Of a stretch of DNA of 50,298 nt, positions 7,885-18,841 are shown piece by piece. The stretch spans positions 1 through 50,298 of the forward strand of contig JAADHZ010000081.1 in NCBI GenBank assembly GCA_013151575.1, in the 5' to 3' direction. The notes under the pieces are model-generated. The model had not been told where the DNA came from, made no database searches, and was given only the letters and a program-made list of their open reading frames with translations. Position 1 is the first letter of the stretch; every line of letters begins with the position of its first letter. Position numbers and translations under genes: made by a program. This DNA comes from Gammaproteobacteria bacterium. Its GTDB lineage: Bacteria; Pseudomonadota; Gammaproteobacteria; SZUA-152.

Positions 7885-8760
7885 ATGTTTCACGGGAGTA
7901 TGGTGGCGCTGGTTACACCCATGCGGGCGGACGGCACGGTGGACAACACGGCCCTTGATCGCCTGGTGGATTTCCATGTGGAAAACGGCACCGACGCTAT
8001 CGTCGCGGTGGGCACCACTGGTGAATCCGCGACCCTCGACGAGCACGAGCATTGCGACGTCATTCGCCGGGTGGTGGCGCGGGCGGCTAAGCGTGTGCCG
8101 GTGATCGCCGGTACCGGCGCTAATTCCACCCGCGAGGCCATTGACCTGACCCGTTGCGCGATGGCCGCCGGGGCCGCTGCCTGCCTGCTGGTGACGCCGT
8201 ACTACAACAAGCCCACGCAGGAAGGGCTGTACCGGCACTTCATGGCCGTGGCCGAAGCCGTACCCACGCCGCAAATTTTGTACAACGTGCCGGGCCGCAC
8301 TGCCGTGGACATGTTGCCGGAGACGGTGGCGCGGCTGGCGGAAGTGTCCAACATCGTGGGTATCAAGGAAGCCACTGGCGATTTGGCTCGTGGTCGGGAG
8401 ATTCTCGATCTGTGCGGCGATCGGCTGGACCTCTACAGTGGCGATGACGCCACCGCGATGGAGTTGATCCTCAACGGCGCCAAGGGAGATATCTCAGTAA
8501 CCGCCAATATCGCGCCCCGCGCTATGCATGATCTGTGCGCCGCCGCATTGCGCGGCGACCGCGCCGAGGCCGAGCGCATTAATGCGCAACTGATGCCCCT
8601 GCATGAAAAGCTGTTTCTGGAGGCCAACCCTATCCCCGTGAAATGGGCACTGCAACAGATGGGCCTGATCGCCGAGGGTATTCGCCTGCCGATGACCCCC
8701 CTGGCAACCGACTGTCAGGCCCCCCTGCGCGAGGCCATGCAACAGTCCGGCGTGCTGTAA
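7885..8760 (+). CDS. dapA: 4-hydroxy-tetrahydrodipicolinate synthase
   Basis: [37 protein letters not shown] (active-site Lys). 291 aa. Confidence 0.95.
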   Translation: MFHGSMVALVTPMRADGTVDNTALDRLVDFHVENGTDAIVAVGTTGESATLDEHEHCDVIRRVVARAAKRVPVIAGTGANSTREAIDLTRCAMAAGAAACLLVTPYYNKPTQEGLYRHFMAVAEAVPTPQILYNVPGRTAVDMLPETVARLAEVSNIVGIKEATGDLARGREILDLCGDRLDLYSGDDATAMELILNGAKGDISVTANIAPRAMHDLCAAALRGDRAEAERINAQLMPLHEKLFLEANPIPVKWALQQMGLIAEGIRLPMTPLATDCQAPLREAMQQSGVL

Positions 8761-8842
8761 GCTGCACGCAACGACAGCACAATAACAGCGCACGCTAACC
8801 CCGCGTGTGACTCCACCCATAAAAACAGCCCGAGAGTGTCAC

Positions 8843-9928
8843 ATGTTGAAGTCACTGAATTTCCCCGTTCCGTCATTTACCGGCAGGCGTCACCTGTTTT
8901 TATTCACCGGCGCGCTGCTGGTGGTCTCGTTGAGTGGGTGCAGCTGGTTTTCGTCGGACACGGCGACAAATGCGGAAGCCCCGGTATTGCCGTCGCTGGA
9001 AATCCCCCCGGACCTGGTTCATCCCCAGGGTGACCCGAGTTTGGTGAGGCCTGAATTGCCATCTGTTGACCTTGCGGCGGCATCGGCCGGTAGCGCGACG
9101 ACTGCCTGCCAGTGCAGTGAACTACCACGCATCGGCGACCGGGTGTTGCCCGAGGGCAAGGGCGTACAGCGGGTGCGCGAAGGGCAAAAACGCTGGCTGC
9201 GGGTATCGGTGGAACCGGAACAGGCTTGGCCGCTGGTGCGCAAATTTCTTGAAATACGTGGGTATCGCATCATGGGTGACGAACCGGCCGTGGGATTGCT
9301 GGAGACCGATTGGAAACCCCGTGCGGACGACGGTGATGGCGCCTCCGCCAACTGGCGCGAACGCCTGCGCATTCGCGTGGAACCCGCTGAGCAGGCCGGG
9401 TTTACCGAACTGTATTTCAGCCAGAGCAACAGTGAACGGGTGGTATCCGAGCAGGGCGAGGAACAGTGGCAGCTGCGGGCGCCGGACCAGGATCGTGCAG
9501 TGGAAATGCTTGACCGACTAGCCCGTTTTTTGACGGCCGAAAATGTGCAAGATGCAGTAAAATTGGACGGCATCAGCAGTCGTTTTGACAACGACGAAGA
9601 CGGTGCTGTGGTATTGCTGGTGGACGCCCCTTTCGAAAAGGTGTGGCGCCGCACGGCATTGGCGCTGGAAAACCTGGGTTTTGTTATCGACGATCGTGAC
9701 CACGCCAATGGCAGTTACCGTGTGTACAACGAAATTTCCACCAACAGGACGGAAACAGAGCTGAAATACGGTCGCCCGAAAAAAGCCACCGTGAAAGAAA
9801 GATACACTCTCCGATTGACCTCCATCGGTAGCAGTACCCGCATCGGCGTTCGCACCCCCAAGGGAGTTGCAGACAGCTCGCAAGCGGCGCGGCATGTGCT
9901 TAACCTGCTGAGCGGGCAATTGCAGTAA
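8843..9928 (+). CDS. bamC: Outer membrane protein assembly factor BamC (NlpB) lipoprotein
   Basis: Lipobox VVSLSGC-SW. 361 aa from the ATG at 8843 (the ORF-track start at 8807 is GTG). Directly downstream of dapA, the classical position. Confidence 0.75.
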   Translation: MLKSLNFPVPSFTGRRHLFLFTGALLVVSLSGCSWFSSDTATNAEAPVLPSLEIPPDLVHPQGDPSLVRPELPSVDLAAASAGSATTACQCSELPRIGDRVLPEGKGVQRVREGQKRWLRVSVEPEQAWPLVRKFLEIRGYRIMGDEPAVGLLETDWKPRADDGDGASANWRERLRIRVEPAEQAGFTELYFSQSNSERVVSEQGEEQWQLRAPDQDRAVEMLDRLARFLTAENVQDAVKLDGISSRFDNDEDGAVVLLVDAPFEKVWRRTALALENLGFVIDDRDHANGSYRVYNEISTNRTETELKYGRPKKATVKERYTLRLTSIGSSTRIGVRTPKGVADSSQAARHVLNLLSGQLQ

Positions 9929-9954
9929 CCCGCTGTTAGCCGCAAAAAAAATAG

Positions 9955-10257
9955 ATGAAAAATCCGGACAGAGAAACAATATCACGACTGGAAGAACTTC
10001 CTAATATTGGAAAGGCAGCGGCATGTGACCTGCAATTGGTCGGCATTGAGCACCCCAAAGAGCTCCTTGGAAAAGATGCGTTTGAGTTGTACGAGGTGCT
10101 TTGCTCAATATCAGGGAAACGACATGACCCCTGTGTTATTGATGTGTTTATGTCAGCCATCTATTTTATGGAAGGTGGGGACTCCCTTCCTTGGTGGTCA
10201 TTTACGGACGAGCGGAAGAAGCAAATTATTCACAATCAAATCGGATCGAAAATATGA
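9955..10257 (+). CDS. Small helix-hairpin-helix domain protein
   Basis: RLEELPNIGKAAACDLQLVGIEHPKELLGKD is an HhH motif. 100 aa. AT-richer than its neighbours. Confidence 0.55.
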   Translation: MKNPDRETISRLEELPNIGKAAACDLQLVGIEHPKELLGKDAFELYEVLCSISGKRHDPCVIDVFMSAIYFMEGGDSLPWWSFTDERKKQIIHNQIGSKI

Positions 10258-10323
10258 AATACAGATACGCACTCATTCATCTGTCAATCAGTGGAAGAAA
10301 CGCTGGAATTTAACGATCTACGT

Positions 10324-10386
10324 TAAGGAGTACATTGGTTGGGCGACATAGGTGTCGGTTATGTCGTCTAACCAATGTACTCCTTA
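10324..10386. repeat. Palindromic element, short form (copy 1 of a dispersed family)
   Basis: TAAGGAGTACATTGGTTGGGCGACATAGG against CGGTTATGTCGTCTAACCAATGTACTCCTTA: a 17-bp perfect outer stem plus about 8 further pairs. Both arms recur at 30571-30750 in inverted order, and part recurs at 35753-35800. Confidence 0.9.
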
Positions 10387-10424
10387 GTAACTCAGGTCGT
10401 TACACTGAATGAGTGACAGACTCA

Positions 10425-10640
10425 TCACCCGCATAACATCGTTGTGTGAATATAATCTTCAGGCATCTTCAACTCACAATGTCGATATCGTAGCTGTAGC
10501 CTATTTTCTCTATAACCCCTTTTAGTGTTTTCAGTGCCTTCGCTATGTGGTCCACATAACACGTTATGCCGATATTTTAGTATCCATGCAAATTGATACA
10601 TTAATGGGTAAACGTGGTGAGTATTTTGCCGTAACTCCAA
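10425..10640 (-). pseudogene. IS200/IS605-type (Y1 HUH) transposase relic
   Basis: [25 protein letters not shown]...LKMPEDYIHTTM aligns with the N-terminal half of IS200 TnpA (H--W---YH-VF-PKYR ... -DH-H-L-). The HUH motif is degraded to YIH, and the C-terminal half with the catalytic Tyr is absent. Confidence 0.55.
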
Positions 10641-10677
10641 TAAGCCGGACGGTATTACCGTGAAAAGGTCTCGTAAT

Positions 10678-11130
10678 ATGACAAATAATCAACATGTGGA
10701 AATGTTTACTGACGGTGCCTGTCGCGGCAACCCCGGTCCCGGCGGCTGGGGAGTGGTGCTGCGTTTTAGTGATACGGAAAAGGAGTTGTTTGGCGGAGAG
10801 CCGGACACCACCAACAATCGCATGGAAATGTTGGCGGCGATCTCGGGCCTTGAGGCTCTTTCCCGTCCTTGCAGCGTGGATCTCACCACCGATTCCCAGT
10901 ACGTGCTGAAGGGCGCGACGGAGTGGATGGCAGGTTGGAAACGCCGAGGTTGGAAAACCGCCAGCAAGCAACCGGTGAAAAATGTGGATCTCTGGAAACG
11001 TTTGGCGGCGGCGCTGGAGCCCCACGAGACCCACTGGCATTGGGTGCGTGGGCACACCGGCCACCCGGAGAATGAGCGAGCTGATGCTTTGGCCAACCGG
11101 GGAATTGATGAAATGAATTCGTCGGTTTGA
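10678..11130 (+). CDS. rnhA: Ribonuclease HI
   Basis: [57 protein letters not shown] at 10678 is preferred over the GTG at 10660. Confidence 0.95.
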   Translation: MTNNQHVEMFTDGACRGNPGPGGWGVVLRFSDTEKELFGGEPDTTNNRMEMLAAISGLEALSRPCSVDLTTDSQYVLKGATEWMAGWKRRGWKTASKQPVKNVDLWKRLAAALEPHETHWHWVRGHTGHPENERADALANRGIDEMNSSV

Positions 11131-11178
11131 CGAGTCCGTTACTGTCCCACTCTGCAAACATTACTGGAATCATCCGCC

Positions 11179-11904
11179 ATGCGCCAAATCGTACTGGACA
11201 CTGAAACCACCGGGCTGGAACCCAGCCAGGGGCATCGTATTATCGAGATTGGTTGCGTGGAGCTGGTCAATCGCCGCCTCACCGGACGCCACTACCACCA
11301 GTATCTTCAACCGGACCGCGAGATTGACGAAGGGGCCATTGAGGTCCACGGCATAAATAATGAGTTTCTGGAGGACAAGCCTCGATTTGCTGACGTGGCA
11401 GATGACTTCATGGAATTTGTGCGTGGCGCCGAGCTGGTGATCCACAACGCGCCTTTTGATGTGGGTTTTCTCAATCACGAGCTGAACCTGTTACCGCAGG
11501 GTCCAGGCCCGCTGAAAAACCATTGCACGGTGCTGGACACCCTGGCGCTGGCACGCAAAAAACACCCAGGGCAGAAGAACAGTCTTGATGCCCTGTGTAA
11601 ACGTTACGAGGTGAACAACGCCCACCGAGAATTGCACGGCGCGTTGCTGGATGCGGAAATCCTTGCCGAAGTGTATCTCATGATGACTGGCGGCCAGGCA
11701 AGTCTATTACTGGCGGCACAGGGTGATGGGGAATCCGGTAAACGCAACGGCGGGCTTCGGCGTCTCGATAGCCAGCGTCCGGCGCTGCGGGTCATAGGTG
11801 TAACCGCTGAGGAGCAGGCCGCTCATGTGGACCGCATTGAAGCCATAGACAAGAGCAGCGGTGGTCAGTGCCTGTACTGCCAACCGGATGTGGCGGGCGA
11901 TTAA
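11179..11904 (+). CDS. dnaQ: DNA polymerase III epsilon subunit (3'-5' proofreading exonuclease)
   Basis: Exo I MRQIVLDTETTGLEP, Exo II HNAPFDVGFL, Exo III HGALLDAEILAEVY. Confidence 0.95.
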   Translation: MRQIVLDTETTGLEPSQGHRIIEIGCVELVNRRLTGRHYHQYLQPDREIDEGAIEVHGINNEFLEDKPRFADVADDFMEFVRGAELVIHNAPFDVGFLNHELNLLPQGPGPLKNHCTVLDTLALARKKHPGQKNSLDALCKRYEVNNAHRELHGALLDAEILAEVYLMMTGGQASLLLAAQGDGESGKRNGGLRRLDSQRPALRVIGVTAEEQAAHVDRIEAIDKSSGGQCLYCQPDVAGD

Positions 11905-14246
11905 CCCGCTGAGGTTTTGAGCCCCCACGGGGATTCCTTCAACCAGTGTTCCAGTTCTTCGGCGGGGATGGGGCGAGACATGTAAAACCCCTGCCCGCTA
12001 TTGCAATTCAGCTCGAAGAGCTGGTTCCAGATCTCGCGGCTTTCGATGCCCTCGGCCACGACGCTGAGTCCCATGTTGTGGGCTAGGTCGATAGTGGAGC
12101 GTACGATGACGGCGTCCGAGGCATCGTCCGCCATGTCCATCACGAAGGACTTGTCGATCTTGATCTCGTCCACTGGCAGGCGTTTGAGATAAGCCAACGA
12201 CGAGTAACCGGTACCGAAATCGTCCACTGACAGTCGTACCCCCATGGCGTCCAGCCGGGTCAGAGTATTCAGCGCCAGAACGGCGTCGGACATGATGGTG
12301 GTTTCCGTAAGTTCCAGTGTCAGCCACTCGGGAGCGATTTTAGCTCGCCCAAGGGCATGGCGAACGGTGTTCAGCAGGCCGAGGTCATTGAGGCTATGGG
12401 CGGACAGGTTGACGGCAACACTGATCTTGATTCCTTGCTTATGCCAGCGGGCGCACTGTGCCAGCGCGTTGTCTAGCACCCATTCAGTGAGAGGTTTGAC
12501 CAACCCTGATTGTTCCGCAAGGGGGATGAATTTGTCGGGCGCAATGAAACCGTGTTCGGGGTGGGTCCAGCGAATCAAGGCTTCGACGCCGTAGATTTTT
12601 CCCGTCTTCAGGTCAATTTTGGGCTGGTAGTGTAGGTCGAATGCGCCAGCTTTCACTGCGGCGCGCAGTTCGGCCTCCATGGTCAACTCAAACAGGTTGT
12701 CGCTATCCATGCTCGGGTCATAAAACGCAAAACCTTTGCCCTGCTGTTTCGCTTGGTACATAGCTACGTCGGCCCTGCGCATTAGCAGGTTGGCATTTTC
12801 TCCGTCACGCGGAAAATGCACGATGCCGATGCTGACCCCAACGGTCAGGTGGTGGCCTTCCGCCTGAATGGCCTGACCCAGGCTGTGTACTACTTTTTCT
12901 GCCACTATGATGCTGCCCTCATCGTATTCCGTGGTGGGTAACAGAGCAGCGAATTCATCCCCTCCCAGACGCGCCACCGTGTCGGATTTGCGCAGGACTT
13001 TGTGCAGTCGCCGACCGACTTCTTGAAGGATGTGATCACCAATGTGGTGCCCCAGGGTATCGTTGACCTTTTTGAAGCGGTTCAGGTCCATCATGAACAG
13101 CGAAAATTCGATCTTATCCCGTTGCGCCTTGAGTAAGGTTTGCTCTAGGCGATCGTAAAATAATGTCCGATTGGCCATGCCGGTGAGTGCGTCGGTGAAG
13201 GCCATGTTTTCCAGGGTGCGATACAGGGTGTCCAGCTCGCGGGACATATTGTTGAAATTGGCGGCCAGTTCGGCAATCTCGGTAATGCCGCGTACCTCGA
13301 TCTGTCGGCCAAGGTGGGCTTTGTCTTTTTGTATGTATCGCAGCTGTTGGGTGAGTGCTAGCAAGGGGGTTAGCGTCGTGCGTTGAAATACCAGCAATGC
13401 AACCAGGGCAGTGAGCAGCATGGCGACTGCGGCAATGGCAAAAATACGGTTGCGGGTTCCTGCCAGACTGGAAAGCAAGTCTTCCGCGTTCGAAGCGAAG
13501 GCCATGTGTATGTACGGCCCCCCTGACGCGGTCTTCAGTTGAAGCTCGGCCACCAGTACCTTACGAGTCAGTGTGCTGGGCCAGTCATCTGTTTTAAGGA
13601 GCGATTGGCCGTCGGGCAGGTTAATGCGCGTGGGTGCTCCCAGGCTGGCCCCCACTTGGATGATGCTGGGGATTGGGTCGACAATGAGCAGCAGGTGCCC
13701 CTTGGGGTTTACGCCGGTTATCGGGACGGTGATGCCGAGGTACGGTTTGTTATCAATGAGGCAGCGCTGGGCAATCAACGACAGATGTTCGGAATCCGGG
13801 CGTGTCGTATCGTTAAGCAACGATGGACAGGCCTCGGGGGCGGGGATGGAAAATTGGCGGCCGACGCTGGCGCGGGCCACTGGCATGTGGTTATTGTCCA
13901 GAACGTAAATTTGCGCCAGATCGAAGTGGTTAATAACAACGGTCGCATGGCGGAAGTGACTATTAAGCTGACGAATGAGTTCAGCCTTGTCGCGTTCTAG
14001 GAAGGCCTGCTGAAAACCTGCGTTATTCTGAACTCTGATGCCTAGGCGGGTGGCATTTTCTGCCACTTCATTGAATATTTCGCCCACCATTCTTGTGGCG
14101 TGGCGGGTAAAGATATCATGCTGGTTTTCCAGGGCCAGCCGCTGGTAAGCCTGCCCTGTCACGATGGCCAGCGTGATGCCCAGTAGGCCCATGATCAGCA
14201 CCGTCAACACGAGGCTGGTTCGCATGGATGACCGTAGCATAGTCAT
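11901..14246 (-). CDS. Membrane sensor GGDEF-EAL protein (diguanylate cyclase/phosphodiesterase)
   Basis: Two TM helices flank a ~250-aa periplasmic segment. HAMP-like linker, GGDEF (RLGGDEFAALL), EAL (EALIRW, DDFGTGYSSL, KIDKSF). Confidence 0.9.
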   Translation of the reverse strand: MTMLRSSMRTSLVLTVLIMGLLGITLAIVTGQAYQRLALENQHDIFTRHATRMVGEIFNEVAENATRLGIRVQNNAGFQQAFLERDKAELIRQLNSHFRHATVVINHFDLAQIYVLDNNHMPVARASVGRQFSIPAPEACPSLLNDTTRPDSEHLSLIAQRCLIDNKPYLGITVPITGVNPKGHLLLIVDPIPSIIQVGASLGAPTRINLPDGQSLLKTDDWPSTLTRKVLVAELQLKTASGGPYIHMAFASNAEDLLSSLAGTRNRIFAIAAVAMLLTALVALLVFQRTTLTPLLALTQQLRYIQKDKAHLGRQIEVRGITEIAELAANFNNMSRELDTLYRTLENMAFTDALTGMANRTLFYDRLEQTLLKAQRDKIEFSLFMMDLNRFKKVNDTLGHHIGDHILQEVGRRLHKVLRKSDTVARLGGDEFAALLPTTEYDEGSIIVAEKVVHSLGQAIQAEGHHLTVGVSIGIVHFPRDGENANLLMRRADVAMYQAKQQGKGFAFYDPSMDSDNLFELTMEAELRAAVKAGAFDLHYQPKIDLKTGKIYGVEALIRWTHPEHGFIAPDKFIPLAEQSGLVKPLTEWVLDNALAQCARWHKQGIKISVAVNLSAHSLNDLGLLNTVRHALGRAKIAPEWLTLELTETTIMSDAVLALNTLTRLDAMGVRLSVDDFGTGYSSLAYLKRLPVDEIKIDKSFVMDMADDASDAVIVRSTIDLAHNMGLSVVAEGIESREIWNQLFELNCNSGQGFYMSRPIPAEELEHWLKESPWGLKTSAG

Positions 14247-14530
14247 GGTTTTTTGGCCTTGGCGTGCGCGATGTTCTGGTCCTCCTCAATTCGGGGGCGG
14301 GTTATTCCTGCCAGTAGGGCCCAGCTCTTGGAGAGCCATTCCTCGAATTCTCCCCGGAACCAGTAATTATTCGAATAGCGATATTTCAGCGCGACCGTGA
14401 ATGCCTTGGCACTCTGTTCGTATTTCATGCCATTACCGTTGGGCAGCGAAGAGACAACACTCCGGCTAGCAATTCGCCATTCGTCGCAACGTCTGGCTGC
14501 TGATGCAGCCTTTCGCATAGCGTCGTGCAT
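14243..14530 (-). CDS. Hypothetical small protein, start-stop coupled to the GGDEF-EAL gene
   Basis: 95-aa ORF whose stop overlaps the downstream ATG by 4 nt (14243-14246). No recognisable motif. An internal ATG (MKYEQSAK...) is an alternative start. Confidence 0.35.
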   Translation of the reverse strand: MHDAMRKAASAARRCDEWRIASRSVVSSLPNGNGMKYEQSAKAFTVALKYRYSNNYWFRGEFEEWLSKSWALLAGITRPRIEEDQNIAHAKAKKP

Positions 14531-14642
14531 TGTCTTCCCGGGTTAGCGACGTTTCGGGCTTTATCTTTAGCTGCGGAGGTTATATGCGGACATTTTTCTA
14601 GAAGCCCCGAAGGTGGGGTAATGCATTAGGAACGGCGCTGGG

Positions 14643-14680
14643 ACAGCTTGGGCCGGGGGAGGGCCCCAGGCTCAAGCTGT
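14643..14680. other. GC-rich stem-loop between the epimerase gene and the small ORF (possible terminator or processing site)
   Basis: ACAGCTTG (14643-14650) pairs with CAAGCTGT (14673-14680). Inner GCC/GGC and GGGG/CCCC pairs. The T-run (ATTTT) follows on the plus strand only, so it is not a canonical terminator for the minus-strand genes. Confidence 0.3.
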
Positions 14681-14708
14681 ATTTTCGATGTGGCGCGGCG
14701 GTACGTTT

Positions 14709-15713
14709 TTAGCTGTAGAAATCTTGGTACCAATCGACGAAATTGGCGATGCCCTGCTCCACGCTAGTGTCGGGTTTGTAGCCGACATCGGCCACCAAAT
14801 CGTCCACGTCGGCGTAGGTGTCAGGTACGTCGCCGGGTTGTAACGGCAGCAGGTTCATTTCGGCCTTTTTGCCCAAGCAGTCTTCCAGCACCTTGATGTA
14901 GTGCATCAGCTCTACCGGTTTATTGTTGCCGATGTTGTAGAGGCGGTAGGGGGCTTTGGCTGTGCCGGGATCTGGGTGCTTGCCGTTCCATTCCAGGTTG
15001 GGCTGAGCCACGTTGTCCAGGGTGCGGATCACGCCTTCGACGATGTCGTCGATGTAGGTGAAGTCGCGACGGTGTTTGCCGTAGTTGAAGACATCAATGG
15101 GCTCACCGGCGAGAATTTTTTTGGTGAACAGGAACAGCGCCATGTCCGGCCGACCCCAGGGCCCGTAAACGGTGAAGAAACGCAGGCCGGTGGTGGGCAG
15201 GTCGTAGAGATGGCTGTAGGTGTGGGCCATCAGTTCGTTGGCTTTTTTGGTGGCGGCGTACATGCTCAGCGGGTGATCCACATTATTATGGATGGAAAAC
15301 GGCATGTTGGTGTTGGCGCCATAGACCGAGCTGCTGGACGCGTACACCAGGTGTTCGACATCGTTGTAGCGACAGCCTTCGAGGATGTTCATGAAGCCGA
15401 CGATATTGCTTTCCACGTAGGAGTGCGGGTTTTCCAGCGAGTAACGCACTCCGGCTTGGGCGGCCAGATTCACCACTTTGTTCGGTTTGTGTTTGGCGAA
15501 CAGGGCCTCCATCGCCGGGCGGTCTTCGATGCTGATGCGGGCCTCGGTGAAACCAGAGTGGTCCTTGATTTTGGCCAGCCGGGCCTCTTTCAGCGAGACA
15601 TCGTAATAATCGTTGAGATTATCGACGCCGATGATTTCTTCACCGCGTTCCAGCAGACGTTGAGCCAGGTGACTGCCGATAAAACCGGCGGTGCCGGTGA
15701 TCAATACTTTCAT
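14709..15713 (-). CDS. NAD-dependent epimerase, UDP-glucuronate 4-epimerase type
   Basis: Rossmann motif [10 protein letters not shown] and catalytic YAATK (YxxxK). 334 aa. The overall sequence strongly recalls Cap1J/LpsL-type UDP-GlcA 4-epimerases. Confidence 0.8.
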   Translation of the reverse strand: MKVLITGTAGFIGSHLAQRLLERGEEIIGVDNLNDYYDVSLKEARLAKIKDHSGFTEARISIEDRPAMEALFAKHKPNKVVNLAAQAGVRYSLENPHSYVESNIVGFMNILEGCRYNDVEHLVYASSSSVYGANTNMPFSIHNNVDHPLSMYAATKKANELMAHTYSHLYDLPTTGLRFFTVYGPWGRPDMALFLFTKKILAGEPIDVFNYGKHRRDFTYIDDIVEGVIRTLDNVAQPNLEWNGKHPDPGTAKAPYRLYNIGNNKPVELMHYIKVLEDCLGKKAEMNLLPLQPGDVPDTYADVDDLVADVGYKPDTSVEQGIANFVDWYQDFYS

Positions 15714-15767
15714 GGTGATTCCTGGGGACGTTGAATAACTGGGGGCTGTTTTATTGCTACCGGGTGT

Positions 15768-17054
15768 TTACAGGCGATCGTCCACTTCATCTTTGGGTAG
15801 CACGTGTTTGACGTCAAACAGCACGCAGTCTGACTTGCCTAGGGCACGAATGTCAGCAGCGGACATAGCACAGAACTGCTCGTGGGCTACGGCGAGAATA
15901 ATGGCGTCATATTTTCCATTCTCTAGGCTGGGAATGGGACGGATGCCATATTCGTGCTCCAGCTCGTCGGCGTTTACCCAAGGGTCGTACACATCGACAT
16001 TGGCGTGGTAGCTGTCTAGCTCCTCGATCATGTCGATGACGCGGGTGTTGCGCAGGTCCGGGCAGTTTTCTTTGAAGGTGAAGCCCAGCACCAGTATGTT
16101 GGCGCCCACCACGTGAATCTTCTGTCGGGTCATGCGTTTCACCACTCGCTCCACCACGTGGCTGCCCATGCCGTCGTTGATGCGGCGTCCGGCGAGAATG
16201 ATTTCCGGCTGGTAGCCGATCTCTTGGGCCTTGTGGGTGAGGTAGTAGGGGTCCACGCCGATGCAGTGGCCGCCCACCAAACCGGGACGGAAGGGCAGGA
16301 AATTCCACTTGGTTCCGGCGGCTTCAAGGACTTCCAGCGTATCAATACCCAGGCGATGGAAGATCAGCGCCAGCTCGTTGATCAGCGCGATGTTCACGTC
16401 GCGCTGGGTGTTTTCTATCACCTTGGCGGCCTCGGCCACTTTGATGGAGCTGGCCTTGTGGGTTCCGGCAGTGATGATGCTGGCATAAAGATCATCAACA
16501 AAATCAGCCGTTTCAGGGGTTGAGCCGGCGGTAACTTTAAGGATGGTGGTGACCCGATGTTCCTTGTCGCCGGGGTTGATGCGCTCGGGCGAATAACCGG
16601 CGTAAAAATCCTGATTGAAGGTCAGCCCTGATTCGGCTTCCATGATGGGTACGCAGACTTCTTCGGTGGCGCCGGGGTAAACGGTGGATTCGAAGATCAC
16701 CACGTCGCCCTTGGCCAGCAGTTTGCCCACCGTGTGGCTGGCACCTTCCAGCGGGGATAGGTCGGGGCGTTTGAAGGCGTCGATGGGTGTGGGCACAGTG
16801 ACGATGTACACATTGCAGCCTGCCAGCTCATCGGGGCTGCTGCTGTATTGGAGCTGCGTGGCTTGGGCCAGCTCGTCCGCGTCCACTTCCAGGGTACTGT
16901 CGCGGCCGGCGCGCAGTTCCTGAATACGGGCGTCGTTGATATCCAGCCCCACACAGGGGTAGTGCTTGCCCAGCTCTACGGCCAGTGGCAGACCGACGTA
17001 GCCCAGTCCAATAATGCCAATACGGGTATCTTCAAGCGTTAACATGTGTGTCAC
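15768..17054 (-). CDS. UDP-N-acetylhexosamine 6-dehydrogenase (TviB/WbpO/WbpA family)
   Basis: N-terminal NAD fold [16 protein letters not shown]. Catalytic Cys region [14 protein letters not shown]. 428 aa. Confidence 0.8.
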   Translation of the reverse strand: MTHMLTLEDTRIGIIGLGYVGLPLAVELGKHYPCVGLDINDARIQELRAGRDSTLEVDADELAQATQLQYSSSPDELAGCNVYIVTVPTPIDAFKRPDLSPLEGASHTVGKLLAKGDVVIFESTVYPGATEEVCVPIMEAESGLTFNQDFYAGYSPERINPGDKEHRVTTILKVTAGSTPETADFVDDLYASIITAGTHKASSIKVAEAAKVIENTQRDVNIALINELALIFHRLGIDTLEVLEAAGTKWNFLPFRPGLVGGHCIGVDPYYLTHKAQEIGYQPEIILAGRRINDGMGSHVVERVVKRMTRQKIHVVGANILVLGFTFKENCPDLRNTRVIDMIEELDSYHANVDVYDPWVNADELEHEYGIRPIPSLENGKYDAIILAVAHEQFCAMSAADIRALGKSDCVLFDVKHVLPKDEVDDRL

Positions 17055-18417
17055 GTCCTTTTTGTGCTGTGCAGTGATTGAATGGGGTGGGGGCAGTCGG
17101 GCGGCCTATGCAGTAATACTGGAATCCATCGGATTTTAACTGCTCGGGGTCGTAGAGGTTGCGGCCATCGAACAGCACCGGGGCACTGAGTTTTTCCTGG
17201 ATAAGGGCAAAATCGGGGCTGCGAAACAGATTCCACTCGGTGACGGTGACTAGGGCGTCGGCGCCTTCAAGAGCGGCCTCGGGACTGTCTGTCAGCGTTA
17301 ATTCGGCACGCTCGCCATAGAGGCGTCGGGCTTCCTCCATGGCAGCGGGATCATAGGCTTGGACGCGACCACCGGCAGTCCAGATGGCTTCCATCAAGGT
17401 ACGAGAGGGCGCGGCGCGCATGTCGTCGGTGTTGGGTTTGAAGGCCAGTCCCCACAAGGCGAAGGTCTTGCCGGACAGATCGTCTCCGAAGTGCTGCTGA
17501 ATTTTCTGAAACAAGGCCTGTTTTTGGCGGTTGTTGACGGCCTCCACGGCACTGAGTAGCTCAGCTTGATAGCCCACTTCCCGGGCGGTGCGTTCCAGCG
17601 CCTGCACGTCTTTGGGGAAACAGGAGCCGCCGTAACCGCAGCCAGGGTAAATGAAGTGATAACCGATGCGGGGATCTGAGCCGATGCCCAGGCGCACTTG
17701 TTCGATATCGGCCCCCAGCAACTCCGCCAGATTGGACAGCTCATTCATGAAGCTGATTTTGGTGGCCAGCATGGCGTTAGCGGCGTATTTGGTGAGTTCG
17801 GCGGAGCGCACATCCATGATCACCAGACGATCGTGGTTGCGGTTAAAGGGGCTGTACAGTGCTCGCAGCAGTTCGGCGGTCCGGGGGTTGTCGGCGCCGA
17901 TGACGATGCGGTCGGGTTTCATGAAGTCGTTGATGGCGGCGCCTTCCTTGAGAAATTCCGGGTTGGAGACCACATCGAATTCAAAATCAACATTGCGCTC
18001 GTTGAGAGTGTCCTGCACGGTGGCTTGTACCTTGTCGGCGGTGCCTACCGGTACGGTGGATTTGTCCACGATGATGCGGTACTCACCCATGTGCTCGCCG
18101 ATGCTGCGGGCCACGGTCAGCACGTATTGTAGATCCGCAGAGCCATCTTCGTCCGGTGGGGTACCGACGGCGATGAACTGGAACAGGCCGTGGGCCACGC
18201 CTTCGGCGGCGTCAGTGGTGAAACGCAAGCGGCCGCTTTCGATGTTTCGGGCCACGACATTGTCCAGCCCCGGTTCGAAAATGGGGATTTCACCGCGCAG
18301 TAGCATGTCGATTTTCGCTTGATTGATATCAACGCAGAGCACGTCGTTACCCACCTCTGCCAGACAGGCGCCGGTCACTAGACCGACATAACCAGAACCG
18401 TAGATGGTGACTTTCAT
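17032..18417 (-). CDS. ugd: UDP-glucose 6-dehydrogenase
   Basis: [24 protein letters not shown] and catalytic Cys [11 protein letters not shown]. 461 aa. The 3' end overlaps the next gene's start by up to 23 nt. Confidence 0.9.
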   Translation of the reverse strand: MKVTIYGSGYVGLVTGACLAEVGNDVLCVDINQAKIDMLLRGEIPIFEPGLDNVVARNIESGRLRFTTDAAEGVAHGLFQFIAVGTPPDEDGSADLQYVLTVARSIGEHMGEYRIIVDKSTVPVGTADKVQATVQDTLNERNVDFEFDVVSNPEFLKEGAAINDFMKPDRIVIGADNPRTAELLRALYSPFNRNHDRLVIMDVRSAELTKYAANAMLATKISFMNELSNLAELLGADIEQVRLGIGSDPRIGYHFIYPGCGYGGSCFPKDVQALERTAREVGYQAELLSAVEAVNNRQKQALFQKIQQHFGDDLSGKTFALWGLAFKPNTDDMRAAPSRTLMEAIWTAGGRVQAYDPAAMEEARRLYGERAELTLTDSPEAALEGADALVTVTEWNLFRSPDFALIQEKLSAPVLFDGRNLYDPEQLKSDGFQYYCIGRPTAPTPFNHCTAQKGRDTHVNA

Positions 18418-18841
18418 GATGGTTTTAGTACATCCTTAAGAATCGATCCAGATATGCCGTCGGAGAGTGTTTGCTCTCTGCGGAATTAAAGTGGGCGGAA
18501 CAATAGCAAAATGGCTTGACAGAGTATATCCATGTGTCTGTTATTTCACGTATTATGTTGCCCGAATTTAGGGTGATGGTCTGGAATCACGCTGGGTATC
18601 GTCTTGGTGGATAGCTTGTGGCTAAGCCACGAGCGTGAAATATGTGCGCAATATGCAAATTTACCGTTTTGCGCCCTAGCTCATGGGAGGGAAACCCACT
18701 AGAATGTTTGCGGCCACAAGGTGCCATTTTGGAGTTCCTCTGGAACCCACCAATATAATCAATCATGAGTTTGTTTGTAAATTACAGCGGCTGTGGTTCG
18801 CGGTGGTTAAATGACAAACCGAACAAGGAAGTAACCCGTAC

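Noticed and set aside
14901-15734. Long antisense ORFs inside G+C-rich genes. Examples: 14901..15734 (+, 277 aa), 10564..11157 (-), 7203..7733 (-), 9019..9708 (-), 17666..18322 (+), 36033..36857 (-), and 45079..45700 and other plus-strand ORFs within the RND gene.
   Set aside because: Each lies opposite a gene with clear family motifs. Their translations are low-complexity Arg/Gly/His/Pro-rich strings typical of shadow frames in high-GC DNA. None has a recognisable motif.
18420-18841. Searched the 420-bp divergent region between ugd and the EpsB-like gene for a sigma-54 promoter or a PrsR binding box. Noted TGGTGGATAGCTTGTG and a 13-bp palindrome GTGGCTAAGCCAC (18618-18630).
   Set aside because: The GG-N10-GC spacing gives TTGT rather than TTGC, and the match is weak. 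I do not remember the PEP-CTERM-box consensus well enough to call it. The palindrome is too short to interpret.
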